From positions 1-47,947 of the forward strand of contig JANNBC010000033.1 in NCBI GenBank assembly GCA_031385045.1: a stretch of DNA of 47,947 nucleotides, written 5' to 3'. Made by a program: the position numbers and the translations under genes. Under the pieces are notes generated by a model. That model was not told the origin of the DNA. It searched no databases and saw nothing but the letters and a program-made list of their open reading frames with translations. Shown here piece after piece: positions 11,801 through 19,148 of the stretch (its first letter is position 1; every line of letters begins with the position of its first letter). The DNA comes from a bacterium (GTDB taxonomy: Bacteria > Bdellovibrionota_C > UBA2361 > CALJRW01).

Positions 11801-12113
11801 AGCACAAGAACTCAGTATTCAAGCGCAAGCAATTTATACACATATGTGGTCAATTGCCTGGACAATTCCATTATTTGATTTTCAATGTGTGGCTTATTCC
11901 GATCAGCTCTGCGCTATTAATGATATGGCAGCTCTGAAAGATGAACTGGTAGTTTATAAAAATTCGTTAAGACGTATGTCTCAGCAACTTTTAAACAGCT
12001 GCCAGGAAACACGTTATATTCGAATTTCTAATAGAACTTTAAGTAAAATCTCAAGAAATCTGAAGAAGTTTATTGCTGATATTCCTGATGAGGTAACGGT
12101 TTGCGCAGGCTAA
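5805..12113 (+). CDS. Giant secreted Ca-binding adhesin-like protein: Calx-beta, DUF11-like Ig domain, 33 Cys-rich TSP3-like repeats, SdrD-B-like domain, Asp-rich TSP3 repeats, Cys-containing helical C-terminal domain (start probably 5826)
   Basis: Signal peptide ending NASA. Calx-beta-like TVTVNLAYTGTAT...VNDSAIEGNETII...VTITDDE. DUF11-like YTITLTNAG. SdrD-B-like SISSKVWNDLDRNG...LPNITVELYD. DxDxDG motifs throughout. Confidence 0.88.
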   Translation: MTFLINYMKFHNHPSSYSKFLLFIVVSFFLFIQNASAGGGGPTVTLSVVGGSTIAEAAGSTTIRATLSATSGSTVTVNLAYTGTATNVTDYTRSGTSIVIPSGSTTGNVTVTAVNDSAIEGNETIITDISSVTNGSESGTQQVTVTITDDEHCDASSLAVAQESHYATSSVYSFLVDYAPPGSNPTITNGYVAYKVTNNTGAALTDLWVKLVNFSGSVLSLATHETGVYHVGPLASGASRYVYFFLKASSGSGTNQTHNVALYEGNPSLVSPICGANYNYTVSNSIRANANQVDATFTYPVAPSPPELGAIAQLGVQGNTGTIGSALPPFSGNPAAFDNWPADKFVLYDSKIAYNAQADGTIPNSQKGTLRPTVPGSGNYDYVITYYFKVQGSTATDTTVFPINFISSGNQIKYVSPSYDPNNPVGNPLFPPILPPENFVTLTIDAVPTNLPTGGTTAYTITLTNAGTGAVTLDDIIANLATSPGNVLPVSGTSKFNNVTIANPVQSGGTFTWYGLFTVPAGQSLTLTFDATVPSTCGAYDATALGHVGSTQIDSTVNINDNSLDSVSLTVGVDTDSDGTPDCSETCDNDPAKLAPGICGCGTADTDTDSDGTPDCNETCDSDPAKLAPGACGCGVADTDSDSDGTPNCNETCDNDPAKLAPGACGCGVADTDTDSDGTPDCNETCDSDPAKLAPGACGCGVADTDSDSDGTPNCNETCDNDPAKLAPGICGCGTADTDTDSDGTPDCNETCDSDPAKLAPGACGCGVADTDSDSDGTPNCNETCDNDPGKLAPGICGCGTADTDSDSDGTADCNETCDNDPAKLVPGVCGCGIADTDSDSDGTADCNETCDADPAKLAPGACGCGVADTDTDSDGTADCNETCDSDPAKLAPGACGCGVADTDTDSDGTADCIDACSADPAKIVVGICGCGVADTDTDSDGTADCNETCDADPAKLAPGTCGCGVADTDTDSDGTPDCNETCDADPAKLAPGTCGCGIAETDSDSDGTADCNETCDADPAKLAPGTCGCGVADTDSDSDGTADCIDACSADPAKIAVGACGCGVVDTDTDSDGTADCNETCDADPAKLAPGICGCGIADTDSDLDGTADCNETCDADPDKLSPGICGCGIADTDSDSDGTPDCNETCDNDPAKFAPGACGCGVADTDTDSDGTPDCNETCDADPAKLAPGDCGCGVADTDTDSDGTADCIDACSADPAKIAVGACGCGVADTDTDSDGTPDCNETCDSDPAKLAPGTCGCGVADTDTDSDGTPDCNETCDSDPAKLAPGTCGCGVADTDTDSDGTPDCNETCDADPAKLAPGACGCGVADTDTDSDGTPDCNETCDADPAKLAPGACGCGVADTDTDSDGTPDCNETCDSDPAKLAPGVCGCGIADTDTDSDGTLDCNETCDADPAKLAPGACGCGVADTDTDSDGTADCIDACSADPAKITVGTCGCGVADTDTDSDATPDCNETCDSDPAKLVPGSCGCGVADTDTDSDGTPDCSETCDSDPVKLAPGVCGCGVADTDTDSDGTPDCNETCDADSAKLAPGACGCGVADTDTDSDGTPDCNETCDSDPAKLAPGTCGCGVADTDSDSDGTADCNETCDADPAKLAPGVCGCGVADTDTDSDGTPDCNETCDSDPAKLIPGLCGCGVPEGSCGTGSISSKVWNDLDRNGLFDAHEPPLPNITVELYDENDLLIDTVVSGIDGSFEFTGLASGNYYLKFIGFDGVELTISHVNNSLIDSDADSSTGKTAVFSISASSVVDSISAGYYMGTSCNFVDFDLDGIEDSTDIDDDNDGILDSTEQGIDSDSDGQENARDLDSDNDGIEDLFEAQSHIGFAYLSFIDIDLDGLDDALDPSQGGVNVQPVDTDEDLTPDYLDLDSDNDTISDNQEAFLSDEFLPPLFTDIDCDGLDDAYLTRRSYLIEEFDFDSSNIPDFREFNLDCVNRSLAGKSTAVDGTALNMLKHFNRTLKYKIKHSQTQTICSSISDSRAQELSIQAQAIYTHMWSIAWTIPLFDFQCVAYSDQLCAINDMAALKDELVVYKNSLRRMSQQLLNSCQETRYIRISNRTLSKISRNLKKFIADIPDEVTVCAG
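7524..10790 (+). repeat. Coding tandem array of 33 x 99 bp (33-aa unit DTDSDGTPDCNETCDSDPAKLAPGACGCGVADT)
   Basis: First unit starts at 7524 and last at 10692 (32 x 99 nt apart, no indels). Four Cys per unit; synonymous codons vary between units. Confidence 0.95.
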
Positions 12114-12180
12114 TTGAGATCTACTAGTTTACATTAGATAGCAGGACTCCTGATTATTAAATATTATTTACTAAAGCTTG

Positions 12181-12212
12181 GCCTTGAGTCTTTTTAAAAT
12201 GAGATTCAAGGC
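12181..12212. terminator. Probable terminator hairpin between convergent genes
   Basis: GCCTTGAGTCT-N10-AGATTCAAGGC, an 11-bp stem with one G-U pair, between the adhesin stop (12113) and the SBP stop (12306). Confidence 0.55.
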
Positions 12213-12305
12213 ACTTCGTTTTCTGATTAAATAATCTTCCACAAAAGTCTGGAAAAGTTCTCTAGCTGAGAGCTTAAGAAAAACAAAAAGAACAAATTCT
12301 TAGAA

Positions 12306-13442
12306 TTATTTAATAATTGAATAGCTGAAATCTTTAGCTCCAACTTTAGTTAGAAAAAACTCACTCTCAATATCGCCATTCTCGTCAAAGCTAATGCTTC
12401 CACCAGCTCCAGGATAATTTCTAACCGTTTCTAAATAATCTTTTAAGCACGTACTACTGCTTGAGTGGCATTTGACCATTCCAGCTACTAGAATTTTAAT
12501 TGCATCATAGGCGCTCGCAACTAAAAAGCATCCTGGTGAAATTTGTTTTGAATAGGTTTCTTGATAATCTTGAATTAGCTTTTGTGTCATCGGGCTAGGA
12601 TTAATTCGATCGAATAATGAAGGCATTGAGATTAATAGCCCCTCTGCTCCCCCAGCACTCTGTTGAAAGAAAGCAATATTTCCAAGCATGGCAGCTGAGG
12701 CTAAAAGAACTGATTTCATTCCTAGCTGTTTCATCTGTTTTAAAAGCTGTGCACCTTCATTGGAATAGACAGCAAAGAAAACTAATTCAGGTTTTAATTG
12801 TTTAATCTTAAGGAGCTGAGAACGAAAATCACTACTCCCCGGTAAGATTGTTTCTTCAATAATAATCTCATGCTTGGTTCCTTGCAGAAGTTCTTTTAAT
12901 CGAGCAGCAATACTAAGTCCATAATCATTATTTTGTTTAATCAAAGCAATGCTTTTAGGTTCTAAGCGGTCTTTAATGACCTTAGCTAAATATTCAGCTT
13001 CCTGTTTGGCACTGGGATAATTTCTAAAGTTATAATCATGCGGAGAAGAGTATTCTGAGACTGAGGTAGCTACTCCCATTTGAATAATCTGATCGCGGTT
13101 GGCAAGAGGAGCTAGGGCCATTGCAATCCCCGAACCCACGGATAAAAAAACAGGGAAGGTCGTTCTAGATTTTAGTTCTCGGTAAACAGAAAGTGCTATT
13201 TTTGGATCAATCTGGCTATCTTCTAACAATAAGTTAATCTTTATTTGATTAGTTTTATTAATTTCTTTTTGAGCAAGTTCTGCACCTTCTTTAATCCACT
13301 GACCTTGCTCCGCCATTGAACCGGTTAAAGGCACAATTATTGGTATTGAAACTTCTAGCGGCTCTGCGTGGGTAGGGGTAGCTAAGTTAATCTGAAAAAT
13401 AAATAGTAAAAGAAATAAGAAAGTAATTTTTTTGATATTCAT
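12306..13442 (-). CDS. LivJ/LivK-type ABC substrate-binding protein (Peripla_BP_6)
   Basis: Signal peptide; PLTGSMAEQG, LEDS, YNFRNYPS, NDYG, DFRSQLLKIK, AYDA and GSISFDENGD. Confidence 0.9.
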   Translation of the reverse strand: MNIKKITFLFLLLFIFQINLATPTHAEPLEVSIPIIVPLTGSMAEQGQWIKEGAELAQKEINKTNQIKINLLLEDSQIDPKIALSVYRELKSRTTFPVFLSVGSGIAMALAPLANRDQIIQMGVATSVSEYSSPHDYNFRNYPSAKQEAEYLAKVIKDRLEPKSIALIKQNNDYGLSIAARLKELLQGTKHEIIIEETILPGSSDFRSQLLKIKQLKPELVFFAVYSNEGAQLLKQMKQLGMKSVLLASAAMLGNIAFFQQSAGGAEGLLISMPSLFDRINPSPMTQKLIQDYQETYSKQISPGCFLVASAYDAIKILVAGMVKCHSSSSTCLKDYLETVRNYPGAGGSISFDENGDIESEFFLTKVGAKDFSYSIIK

Positions 13443-13498
13443 TTCGAGATAAGTAAAAATTCAAATTAGCATTAAATTTTGATTTTTAAACAAAATTA

Positions 13499-13990
13499 TT
13501 AATTAATTTCACTTAAAAGATTAGTGAGATCGAGTTGCCTTGTATACATCACAAGACTACCATCAGAATTTTTTGGCCAGAGGGATTGATCTCTATCCCA
13601 ATATAATTCAACTCCATTTCGATCTGGGTCATCCAAGTAGATTGCCTCGGAAACGCCATGATCAGAGGTTCCTGAGATTGGATAGTCCGCACTTAGTAAT
13701 CTTTGATATGCTATCGCTAAGTCCATTCTTGTTGGATATAGAATTGCTGTATGAAAAAGTCCTGGAGCATGTTCTGGCGCGGGCGCTGAATTTTTACTAA
13801 ACCAAGTATTTAATCCAATATGATGATGATACCCACCAGCAGCAATAAAGGCAGCATCTTTCCCGTACCGACTCATAATACTAAAGCCTAAGATACCACA
13901 GTAAAAATTAAGTGATTGATTTAGATCCGAAACCTTTAAGTGAACATGCCCAATTCTGCTTGAGGCTGGGATTTTATATGTTTGATCCAT
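13499..13990 (-). CDS. VOC/glyoxalase family protein (CatE-like single domain)
   Basis: IGHVHLKVSDL, GGYHHHIGLNTW, GLFHTAILYP and DHGVSEAIYLDDPDRNGVELYWD. Confidence 0.92.
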   Translation of the reverse strand: MDQTYKIPASSRIGHVHLKVSDLNQSLNFYCGILGFSIMSRYGKDAAFIAAGGYHHHIGLNTWFSKNSAPAPEHAPGLFHTAILYPTRMDLAIAYQRLLSADYPISGTSDHGVSEAIYLDDPDRNGVELYWDRDQSLWPKNSDGSLVMYTRQLDLTNLLSEIN

Positions 13991-14450
13991 TGATGAAAAT
14001 TAGTTCTTACAGCTTCAAAAATCAACATCTATAAAATGTAAAATTTAATGTTTAGAGAATAATTGATTAACTATAGTCATCCTAAAAAATAATTTCCGTT
14101 AGGAAATTATAAAACACATCAAGAATATAGAAGCGACCAGAGGGAGCCAAAAGACAAATAGTAAACCCAACTAGAAAAAATAGAGTTAAACCAAAGGTTT
14201 ATCTATAAACTTAAGTCCTTCAACTCCTTCGGGGTGAAAAATAAAAATACTTAGACAAATATATAGGTAACTTATTTTTCGGAAAGTCATTTTTGGGTTT
14301 ACTATACAATTTGATTCTGGAAGTGCCCTTCTTCTAATTTTGGTAGTATGAGGTGAATTTAGCTGATATTCTTAAGTCTTTGTAATTATTAGTATAATTT
14401 TGCCTAGGTTGATTCCTTTCAAAGAGGTAAGAAAGTATCAGCCCAAAAGT

Positions 14451-14478
14451 TTAAGTAAAATCCCAATTTTGTCGATAG
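14451..14478 (+). promoter_or_regulatory. Putative sigma-28-type promoter of the Cache-domain gene
   Basis: TAAG-N15-GTCGATAG; consistent with a true start at ATG 14522 (MKNKRLIQ). Confidence 0.45.
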
Positions 14479-14479
14479 T

Positions 14480-15673
14480 ATGGAAGGTGCGTCTTTAGTA
14501 ATATGCATCCAGTATAATCTTATGAAGAATAAACGATTAATACAAATCTTGTTGTTAACCTTATCTTTTGGATTATTATTAACTTGGGGGATTAGTTACT
14601 ATTTATTAAATCTCTCGCGAGAACTAGTTTTTCAAGAAGTCACCTCCAGGTTTGAAACAAGAACAGAATTATTAGCACAGAATCTAGATAACTGGATTAC
14701 AGATAAGGCTGTCGAATGGCGTACTTATACTCATAATGAAACTCTGCAACATTTACTAGAAAAATCTAATAACGAATTTGATAAATTAAAAACCCCAGCC
14801 AATTATATTAATGAACGGGATCTGGAATGGCGTAAATATGATCCTAAGGATGGTGAGTCTGATATAGTAAATCAAGTAAACAATAATTTAGTTTCAAAAA
14901 ATTTATCAATTTTAAAATGGGAATACGAAGCTGAATATGGATATCCAGTGTATTCAGAAGTTTTTATTACCAATAAGTACGGTGCTAACGTTGCTCAAAG
15001 TAATTTGACAACAGATTATCGCCAAGATGATGAAGACTGGTGGGAAGAAGCCAAAACTAAAGGGTTACATCTTAGTTCGGTTATCTATGATCAGAGCTCT
15101 GCGAGTTATGCTTTAGATCTTGGAGTAAAAGTTTCTGATCGACAAGATAAATTTTTAGGTGTTATTAAGGCAGTAATTAATGCGCAAGATCTTGCTCATA
15201 AATTAAATCAGAGTAGCTATCTCTATGGCGAAAAAGTTACACTGCTAAATGCCCAACACCAGATATTGTTTAGTAGTGATAACTCTAAAGAGTTTTTTGA
15301 GGATGGAGGATTGCTACTTGCAGGCGATACTTTAAAAAAGAATCTTAAATATCGACATTACTTAAATCACGATCAAGTGACAGACACAGAAATGTTTTCA
15401 GTACTTAATTCATTTAGTAATAATCCAATGCTTAAGAAGTTAGGGTGGTTATTAATTATTCAGGCACCTGAGTCCCTTGTCTTAAAACCAGTAAGTCAAA
15501 TTGATCAGATTATTTTAATCTTAAAAATTTCCTTACTTACAAATATTTTCATATTGCTACTTTTCCTATTATTTACAATTAAAAAAACACTCAAATCTGG
15601 ATCCGTCAAAAGACTCGACTCTAAAGCTTTAAAGCGATTACAAATATTTAACCTAAATAAAGCAGGTCAATAG
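14480..15673 (+). CDS. Two-TM membrane protein with periplasmic dCache sensor domain and no cytoplasmic output domain (start probably 14522)
   Basis: TM1, then EVFITNKYGANVAQ...TTDYRQDDEDWW...YDQSS...GVIKAVIN (Cache), then LGWLLII and TM2, then only ~30 aa of cytoplasmic tail. Confidence 0.8.
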   Translation: MEGASLVICIQYNLMKNKRLIQILLLTLSFGLLLTWGISYYLLNLSRELVFQEVTSRFETRTELLAQNLDNWITDKAVEWRTYTHNETLQHLLEKSNNEFDKLKTPANYINERDLEWRKYDPKDGESDIVNQVNNNLVSKNLSILKWEYEAEYGYPVYSEVFITNKYGANVAQSNLTTDYRQDDEDWWEEAKTKGLHLSSVIYDQSSASYALDLGVKVSDRQDKFLGVIKAVINAQDLAHKLNQSSYLYGEKVTLLNAQHQILFSSDNSKEFFEDGGLLLAGDTLKKNLKYRHYLNHDQVTDTEMFSVLNSFSNNPMLKKLGWLLIIQAPESLVLKPVSQIDQIILILKISLLTNIFILLLFLLFTIKKTLKSGSVKRLDSKALKRLQIFNLNKAGQ

Positions 15674-15922
15674 TGCTTTTAGTAATTAAACGGTGTTACT
15701 AGCTTTGGGCTACTAGATAGGTTTGCTTAGAATATTATTAAAAGTGCCTGATTTATTACTAAATTAAGGAAAGTCTGACTATCGATTCGTAACTTAATGG
15801 ATAAATTCCAGTTATTAAGAATTACTCTGTGAGTAATTAAGGGTCTTAATTTTTTTATTAACTTCTTAAGGCAAATGATTGCCTAGGGATTTAAATCGGA
15901 GTAGAAAGGCGACACAAAAGTT

Positions 15923-16828
15923 GTGCTTTTTATGATTTCAGTTTCCGATAGTCTTTCTTTGCTTCCTTCCGGATATCGCAAGTTACTTGCTGATGTTGCA
16001 ACTTGTAAATCTGATCCCAAATTAATTGTTCATCAGGGGACACAAGTCATTACTGAGTCTCTTCCGCAGCCACTTCAAACAAAACTTATTCCTTCAACAA
16101 ATGGCATTGGACATTGCATCGATGATCGGCAGCAACGCCATACTCGTGTCGGCGGAGCACCGTCAGGCATAGCTGGTGGTGCAGTCGGAGTACAGAGTAT
16201 GTTTATGCTGTTAGGCCAAGACTTAGGAAAAGCCAGATTTTCAACTCGAGCCTTATATAAAAAAATGGATTGGGGTAAAATCACTTTTCATACCGATGAG
16301 CAAGAAAGAAAAAAATTGGGTGGTTGTGGGTATGCCCAGCATCTTTCCACAATTTCTGGAATTGTTGCGAATCATTTTCCGGATTCCTTTCTTAAGCCGC
16401 ACCCAGAACTACTAGGAGCAGATGTTGGAGTTAAGGCGATTGCAAATTTAAAACGGATTCGCCGTTCCAAAGAAGTTGTTCTAAAAGGAGTGCATCATCC
16501 TGAAGCGACACTGGTGATTAATTTCAATACTGGTACCACCTTAGATCGAGCTACGTTACCAAAAAATTCAGCTACTTTTCTTTGGGATGCCCATGTTCTT
16601 TGTCAGGAGAAGGTTGTTGAAAATGTAAATAGTTTGACAGGCAGAGGACTTTCTTTGGTGGAGTGGGAGAGACTATTAATAGTTACTACCCTGGCAACGT
16701 TTGGACATTTAAAAGCTGTTTCCAATAATCGTATTGAACTTCCAATTATCTTATCTAATAAAAATAAAGATATTAAACTTTCTTGGGAAGTTTTTAAAAA
16801 GTCTCTACTACCCTTCAATCAAGATTAG
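15923..16828 (+). CDS. Cadmium/zeta-class carbonic anhydrase (CDCA)-like protein
   Basis: Motifs in CDCA order: CIDDR (CxDGR-like), IAGG, FHTDE...GGCGY (H...GCG), LKGVHHPE..LVIN..GTTL and FLWDA. Cys-His-Cys metal ligands present. Confidence 0.65.
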   Translation: MLFMISVSDSLSLLPSGYRKLLADVATCKSDPKLIVHQGTQVITESLPQPLQTKLIPSTNGIGHCIDDRQQRHTRVGGAPSGIAGGAVGVQSMFMLLGQDLGKARFSTRALYKKMDWGKITFHTDEQERKKLGGCGYAQHLSTISGIVANHFPDSFLKPHPELLGADVGVKAIANLKRIRRSKEVVLKGVHHPEATLVINFNTGTTLDRATLPKNSATFLWDAHVLCQEKVVENVNSLTGRGLSLVEWERLLIVTTLATFGHLKAVSNNRIELPIILSNKNKDIKLSWEVFKKSLLPFNQD

Positions 16829-16991
16829 AAACTTTTCAGATTGCAGATTAAAGTTAGATATTTTGCGTATAAGCAAAAAAATTTGATCTATTCAATTATT
16901 TAGGGCAAAAACATTTAGCTATTTGCTTCTAAGTCCCTAAGTTGTCGGGAAGGACCACTTTGCATAGGTTTTAATAATTAGTTGATCAATT

Positions 16992-17429
16992 ATGTGTGAA
17001 AAATTACTCAACAGATTTTCTGCTCTTATCAAAATAAAATTATCTTCAGGAATCATTTCCATTTTAGGATTTATATTACTTTCTTGTTCTTCAATCCAAA
17101 AAGTAACTAAAAGTGAACAAGTTTTTGAAAGTCAGCCAGAGCCTACTAATTTAGTTACAACTTCTTATTATAGCCGATCCTTAGCTGGGCACTTAACTGC
17201 TAATGGAGAGGCTTATGATCCCAAGAAATTAACTTGTGCGCATCGCCAATTACCTTTTGGTACTGTGCTCAAGGTTAAAAATCCAAAAAACTCTAAGGAA
17301 GTTTTAGTTAGAATTAATGATCGTGGGCCTTTTATTAGAGGACGTGAGCTAGACATATCTAATGCCGCGGCTGAGCAACTAGGCATTTCTGGAGTTCAGC
17401 CAGTAGAAATGCAGATAGTTAGCAATTAA
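16992..17429 (+). CDS. rlpA: RlpA family lytic transglycosylase lipoprotein (DPBB domain only)
   Basis: Lipobox LLSC; SYY...TANGEAYD...TCAHRQLPFGT...VRINDRGPF..GRELDIS..AAEQLG. Confidence 0.92.
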   Translation: MCEKLLNRFSALIKIKLSSGIISILGFILLSCSSIQKVTKSEQVFESQPEPTNLVTTSYYSRSLAGHLTANGEAYDPKKLTCAHRQLPFGTVLKVKNPKNSKEVLVRINDRGPFIRGRELDISNAAAEQLGISGVQPVEMQIVSN

Positions 17430-17504
17430 ACTTACAGATAGATTTGATTAAGATCAAAGCTGCTGTAATATTTCCTATGTTCTTTCCAGTAGCTAGACAG
17501 ATTT

Positions 17505-18143
17505 ATGACCGAAGTTTTTATCAAACAACCTCACAAAGACCGAAAATTATTCCGTGCTGAAAAAAGAATTTTAGAGCATTTACCTGAACATCCCGGACTG
17601 CCTAAGTTAATTGGAGTTAACGATCGAGATGGGCGAATAATTCTTGAAAAAATTGAGGGAATTACGCTCTATGATTATCGTGAGGAACATCGGCGACATT
17701 TCCCAAAATGTTTAAAAATTGCAACAGGGATATCTTCCGTCGTTGCCGTCCTTCATCAAGCCGGAGTTGTACATAATGATCTTTCCTACAATAACGTTAT
17801 GTTAAGAGGGCGTCAGTGTGAGCCGGTTATTGTTGATTTTCAAGATTCCTTTAAGCTCGGCCGAGAATATAAAATGCAACGCAGTTTGCGAGGGTTAGAG
17901 TTTTTCTTGGCCCCAGAAAAATATCTTGGCCCACGTCCGTTTGCCTGTTTGAAATCTGATATCTATTCACTTGGGGCGATAATTTACTATACGATCACAG
18001 GGTCGCCACAAAGTGAAACATTACTGACAGATCATAATTATCCCAAGCAGTTAAGAAATATTGTTGAGAAATGTTTATCGCCTTCTCCACGACTTCGTCC
18101 CAGAGTTGATGAAGTAATTAAGATTCTCAAAAAATTAGTATAG
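17505..18143 (+). CDS. Hanks-type Ser/Thr protein kinase, minimal / N-truncated
   Basis: VFIK (catalytic Lys), E of helix C, VVHNDLSYNNVM, VDF(Q), APE, SDIYSLG and CLSPSPRLRP. No Gly-rich loop; in-frame TAG at 17490-17492. Confidence 0.8.
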   Translation: MTEVFIKQPHKDRKLFRAEKRILEHLPEHPGLPKLIGVNDRDGRIILEKIEGITLYDYREEHRRHFPKCLKIATGISSVVAVLHQAGVVHNDLSYNNVMLRGRQCEPVIVDFQDSFKLGREYKMQRSLRGLEFFLAPEKYLGPRPFACLKSDIYSLGAIIYYTITGSPQSETLLTDHNYPKQLRNIVEKCLSPSPRLRPRVDEVIKILKKLV

Positions 18144-18153
18144 CTAATTAGGA

Positions 18154-18582
18154 TTAGTCAATGTTATTGGCTGTCAAAAAAAGTGATTTTTGCAAAGCAT
18201 TAAAGAAGGTTTGATAGAACTGCGGATCAACAATCGGAGTGGTTTGATAATTAGCATTTGCTCTCACACTTACTTGGCGCTTTTGTGGAGTTAGTCGACT
18301 AGTGACTGACATGATTAAATTATAGCCATCAAGTTTTGTTGCTGAAACTACTCCTAAGTCAGCATCAACTCGATTCATCACAAATCCTAAATCCTGTAGA
18401 GTTGAAATAACTGCCCTTTGCACTTCAATTAGATTACTAGTTTCAAAGCTTCGGGATTGCATTTGTCTTAGTTGTAATTGTGATTTTTCTGAGGTTAAAA
18501 AATCATTTTGACTGGGAAACATTTCGGCACAAGCAGTTAGGCCTGAGATAATCAAGATACTTATTAGGATCAATTTTTTCAT
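18154..18582 (-). CDS. Lipoprotein of unknown function (paralogue of the upstream gene)
   Basis: Lipobox LTAC; shares Q.R.F.T, LQD.GF and PQ.YQTFF..L..LFL.AN with 18579-19145; 4-nt overlap. Confidence 0.8.
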   Translation of the reverse strand: MKKLILISILIISGLTACAEMFPSQNDFLTSEKSQLQLRQMQSRSFETSNLIEVQRAVISTLQDLGFVMNRVDADLGVVSATKLDGYNLIMSVTSRLTPQKRQVSVRANANYQTTPIVDPQFYQTFFNALQKSLFLTANNID

Positions 18583-19145
18583 AATTGGTTAGCTTCTAAA
18601 AAAAGAGCATGGGAAAGTTGCTGAAAGAATGTTTGGTAAATTTGTGGATCGTCAATTAATTCACTTTTACTAACTTGACCATGATTATTATAAATAACTC
18701 TCTGGAAAGTAATCCTGACAGCATGACCACCTCTTTGCGTGCTGGGAGTTGAGACTACTGCTACACGAATTTTTTGCTCAACATCGTAAGTTTGTTCATT
18801 GTTGTATCCGCCATGGCCATAACTAGCTAAGGCTCCAATCATAATTGAACCAAATAAGTCCCAACCATTGTGGGCAGCAGCAGTTTTTCCCGCAACAAGG
18901 AGTCCCAGTTTTGAAGCCGATTCCTCTAGGGTAAATCCCATATCTTGAAGTACCGCAATACAAGCAGAGAGAACTTCACTCTCATTCTTTGTTTGAAAAA
19001 TACGAGTTTGACGAGAGCGAATCTCTAAATTAGATTCTTTTAATTCTAATAATTGTTTGGGAACATAAGCAGTACAGGAGGAGCTTTGTAATATCAATAT
19101 TAGAACAAAAAAACTTGAGATTCGTGACAGCATCTGATCTTCCAA
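18579..19145 (-). CDS. Probable lipoprotein of unknown function
   Basis: Hydrophobic signal followed by SSSC; motifs IRSRQTRIFQT, VLQDMGF and PQIYQTFF. Confidence 0.78.
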   Translation of the reverse strand: MEDQMLSRISSFFVLILILQSSSCTAYVPKQLLELKESNLEIRSRQTRIFQTKNESEVLSACIAVLQDMGFTLEESASKLGLLVAGKTAAAHNGWDLFGSIMIGALASYGHGGYNNEQTYDVEQKIRVAVVSTPSTQRGGHAVRITFQRVIYNNHGQVSKSELIDDPQIYQTFFQQLSHALFLEANQL

Positions 19146-19148
19146 TTT

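Noticed and set aside
14066..14290. Short hydrophobic minus-strand frames (e.g. MTFRKISYLYICLSIFIF...) as a small gene or pseudogene
   Set aside because: Only ~34 codons; T-rich DNA gives hydrophobic translations in every frame; no homology evidence.
17451..17462. 12-mer AGATCAAAGCTG shared with 33609-33620 upstream of two orphan genes
   Set aside because: Shared 12-mers are expected by chance in 48 kb of AT-rich DNA, and the kinase copy lacks the CGAT box.
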